From positions 1-24,896 of the IMG/VR virus record IMGVR_UViG_3300005099_000002: 24,896 bases of DNA, one strand, 5' to 3'. The translations under genes and the position numbers were made by a program. This document shows positions 23,574 through 24,896 of this stretch, piece by piece. The notes below the pieces were generated by a model. It searched no databases. It saw only the letters and a list, made by a program, of their open reading frames with translations, and had not been told where the DNA came from. How positions within the stretch are numbered: the stretch's first letter is position 1; the number at the start of each line of letters is the position of its first letter. Origin of the DNA: a virus.

Positions 23574-24250
23574 TAGTATGGCCATTCACTTAGTATATAC
23601 AGGTTTTTTTGTTGTCTTGTTAGCATGACTAGTTCTGGGAGATATGTTTTTTCCGGTAGTTCTACGCAGAAGTTTACGTCTTCTACTTGGCCCAGCGGAT
23701 TGACTAAAACTTTGTATGGTGTGTCGACTTCGGGGTCTCTTATTTCGAAAACTGTTTTTCCACCGGCAAGTACTTTAAGCGGCTGGTATTCGATGTTTAG
23801 CAGGTTTAGTAGTGTAAATATTTTTTCTCGGCTTAGCTGATTTACCTCGGCGATACGTAGTAGTGCTTTTACTTCTTTTTCAGTTAAGGCTCTAAGCATT
23901 ATTAAGGGCAGGAAAATCGGGGTTCTAGGGCCTTTAAGCGTTATACCCATAGCATAACAGTTATTCAACGTTTCCGCGGCCTCATAGTCCGGAAAAACAT
24001 ATATGTACGGCGGTACGATTTCACGGGTTTTAAGCTGTGGATTTAAAGCCTCATTTACTATAAATCGGCGGCGAAACTTTAAATCTCTTAAACGATATAT
24101 TATAGCTGCCGGCCGATAAATCCATGAATCAACAAGACCGACAAACATATTAAAATGGTTATCTGGCGATTTATAGCCTAAAATACGGGTTCCATCACTA
24201 TTGTAAAAAACGGGAAAACGTGAATAACCTATTATAGCTAACATCTTCAT
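23573..24250 (-). CDS. Hypothetical protein coupled to the ThiF-like gene
   Basis: 225 aa; ATGA overlap with upstream stop; no recognised domain. Confidence 0.8.
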   Translation of the reverse strand: MKMLAIIGYSRFPVFYNSDGTRILGYKSPDNHFNMFVGLVDSWIYRPAAIIYRLRDLKFRRRFIVNEALNPQLKTREIVPPYIYVFPDYEAAETLNNCYAMGITLKGPRTPIFLPLIMLRALTEKEVKALLRIAEVNQLSREKIFTLLNLLNIEYQPLKVLAGGKTVFEIRDPEVDTPYKVLVNPLGQVEDVNFCVELPEKTYLPELVMLTRQQKNLYILSEWPY

Positions 24251-24896
24251 TTACCTCGTAGCCTTTTACCATAATTGTTTATGTCACGTTTAAGTTGTGC
24301 AACCCGCACCTTATCTTTTAAATCTATTATGAACGCTGTTTTCTCGTTTTTTTCAAGCCATTGCTTAAACGCGTAATATGTGTATGCTGCTGCCATGAGT
24401 CCTAGGCCGCGGAACTCTAAGCGGCTGCAAACATCCCGTATTTTTTCAAGCTCTTTTTTTACTTTGGCGATTTTACCGGGGTCCACGGGGACCATTACCC
24501 ATTCACCCCAATCAATGTAAACATGATTTTCCGTGACCCCGATAAAAAGACTAGGTGTACGTGTATATGTTATGTAGCCTTTCGCCATTAGCCGCGACTC
24601 AATGTTATCGAAAGTTACAAAAACAAAGTCGGGTTTAAACCGTTTATGCAGTTCAATTAGCTGCGACGCCTTTTTCACATGTAGGTGTCTCGGTACAACC
24701 GTAACCGATGACAACACCTGTATTAAAGCGGCTAAAGCTGAAACTTTACGTTTACCTTCATAGCCTTTAGGAAAAATACTGCTTTCATAGTTGCCGCGTT
24801 CAATCTTATCGCCATCGATTAAGATTATTTCACTGGCGTGCGGTAAAATAAAAGGTATTATGTGGCTTGCTAGGAAGCCGCAGCCCAAGAACATTA
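24247..24896 (-). CDS. ThiF/MoeB/E1-family adenylating enzyme (N-terminus probably cut by window edge)
   Basis: LGCGFLAS Rossmann loop, IDGDKIERGN, GKRKV, FDN..SR match E1-fold ATP-binding motifs; no CxxC Zn pairs. Confidence 0.85.
   Translation of the reverse strand, partial: MFLGCGFLASHIIPFILPHASEIILIDGDKIERGNYESSIFPKGYEGKRKVSALAALIQVLSSVTVVPRHLHVKKASQLIELHKRFKPDFVFVTFDNIESRLMAKGYITYTRTPSLFIGVTENHVYIDWGEWVMVPVDPGKIAKVKKELEKIRDVCSRLEFRGLGLMAAAYTYYAFKQWLEKNEKTAFIIDLKDKVRVAQLKRDINNYGKRLRGK

Larger units (their letters stand above)
1..24896 (-). mobile_element. Archaeal tailed virus or provirus genome segment (Caudoviricetes, HK97-fold, likely non-contractile tail)
   Basis: Canonical order portal-protease-MCP-adaptor-closure-gp10-terminator-tube-chaperone-TMP-hub-fibre; archaeal promoters and RBS; no host housekeeping genes; no att or integrase in window, so integrated vs free state is unknown. 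Confidence 0.95.

Noticed and set aside
1-24896. Integrase, att sites, genome termini or a named host
   Set aside because: None recognisable in the window; host assignment beyond Archaea needs database or spacer matches

Overview
The whole window is a gene-dense segment of an archaeal head-tail virus (Caudoviricetes, HK97-type capsid, probably siphovirus-like since no tail sheath gene is present). Archaeal origin is inferred from TTTATATA boxes, GGTGA ribosome-binding sites, an Hjc-type resolvase, ORB-like origin boxes and many tiny Zn-finger/RHH proteins. Almost all genes are on the minus strand. Reading from 16433 down: portal-MuF-HTH fusion, two Zn fingers plus Hjc, prohead protease/scaffold, major capsid, head-tail connectors, tail tube, tail chaperone with a -1 frameshift, PH-domain protein, short tape measure, hub and fibre genes. 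An accessory/early region at 16.4-24.9 kb holds RHH regulators, SPFH, ASCH-like, DUF5131 radical-SAM and a ThiF/E1-like gene cut by the right edge. No terminase, integrase, polymerase, tRNA or CRISPR array is visible. The most unusual signals are at DNA level: (1) a 16-bp palindrome TGTCACA-NN-TGTGACA dispersed in 10 copies, 7 inside genes in one reading frame; (2) a host-type archaeal origin with divergent ORBs around an AT-rich core and no local orc1/cdc6; (3) a second operator TTACTA-N3-TAGTAA at antisense accessory promoters; (4) a 32-bp perfect palindrome; (5) apparent total absence of GATC. All protein calls are by motif recognition only; no searches were run.
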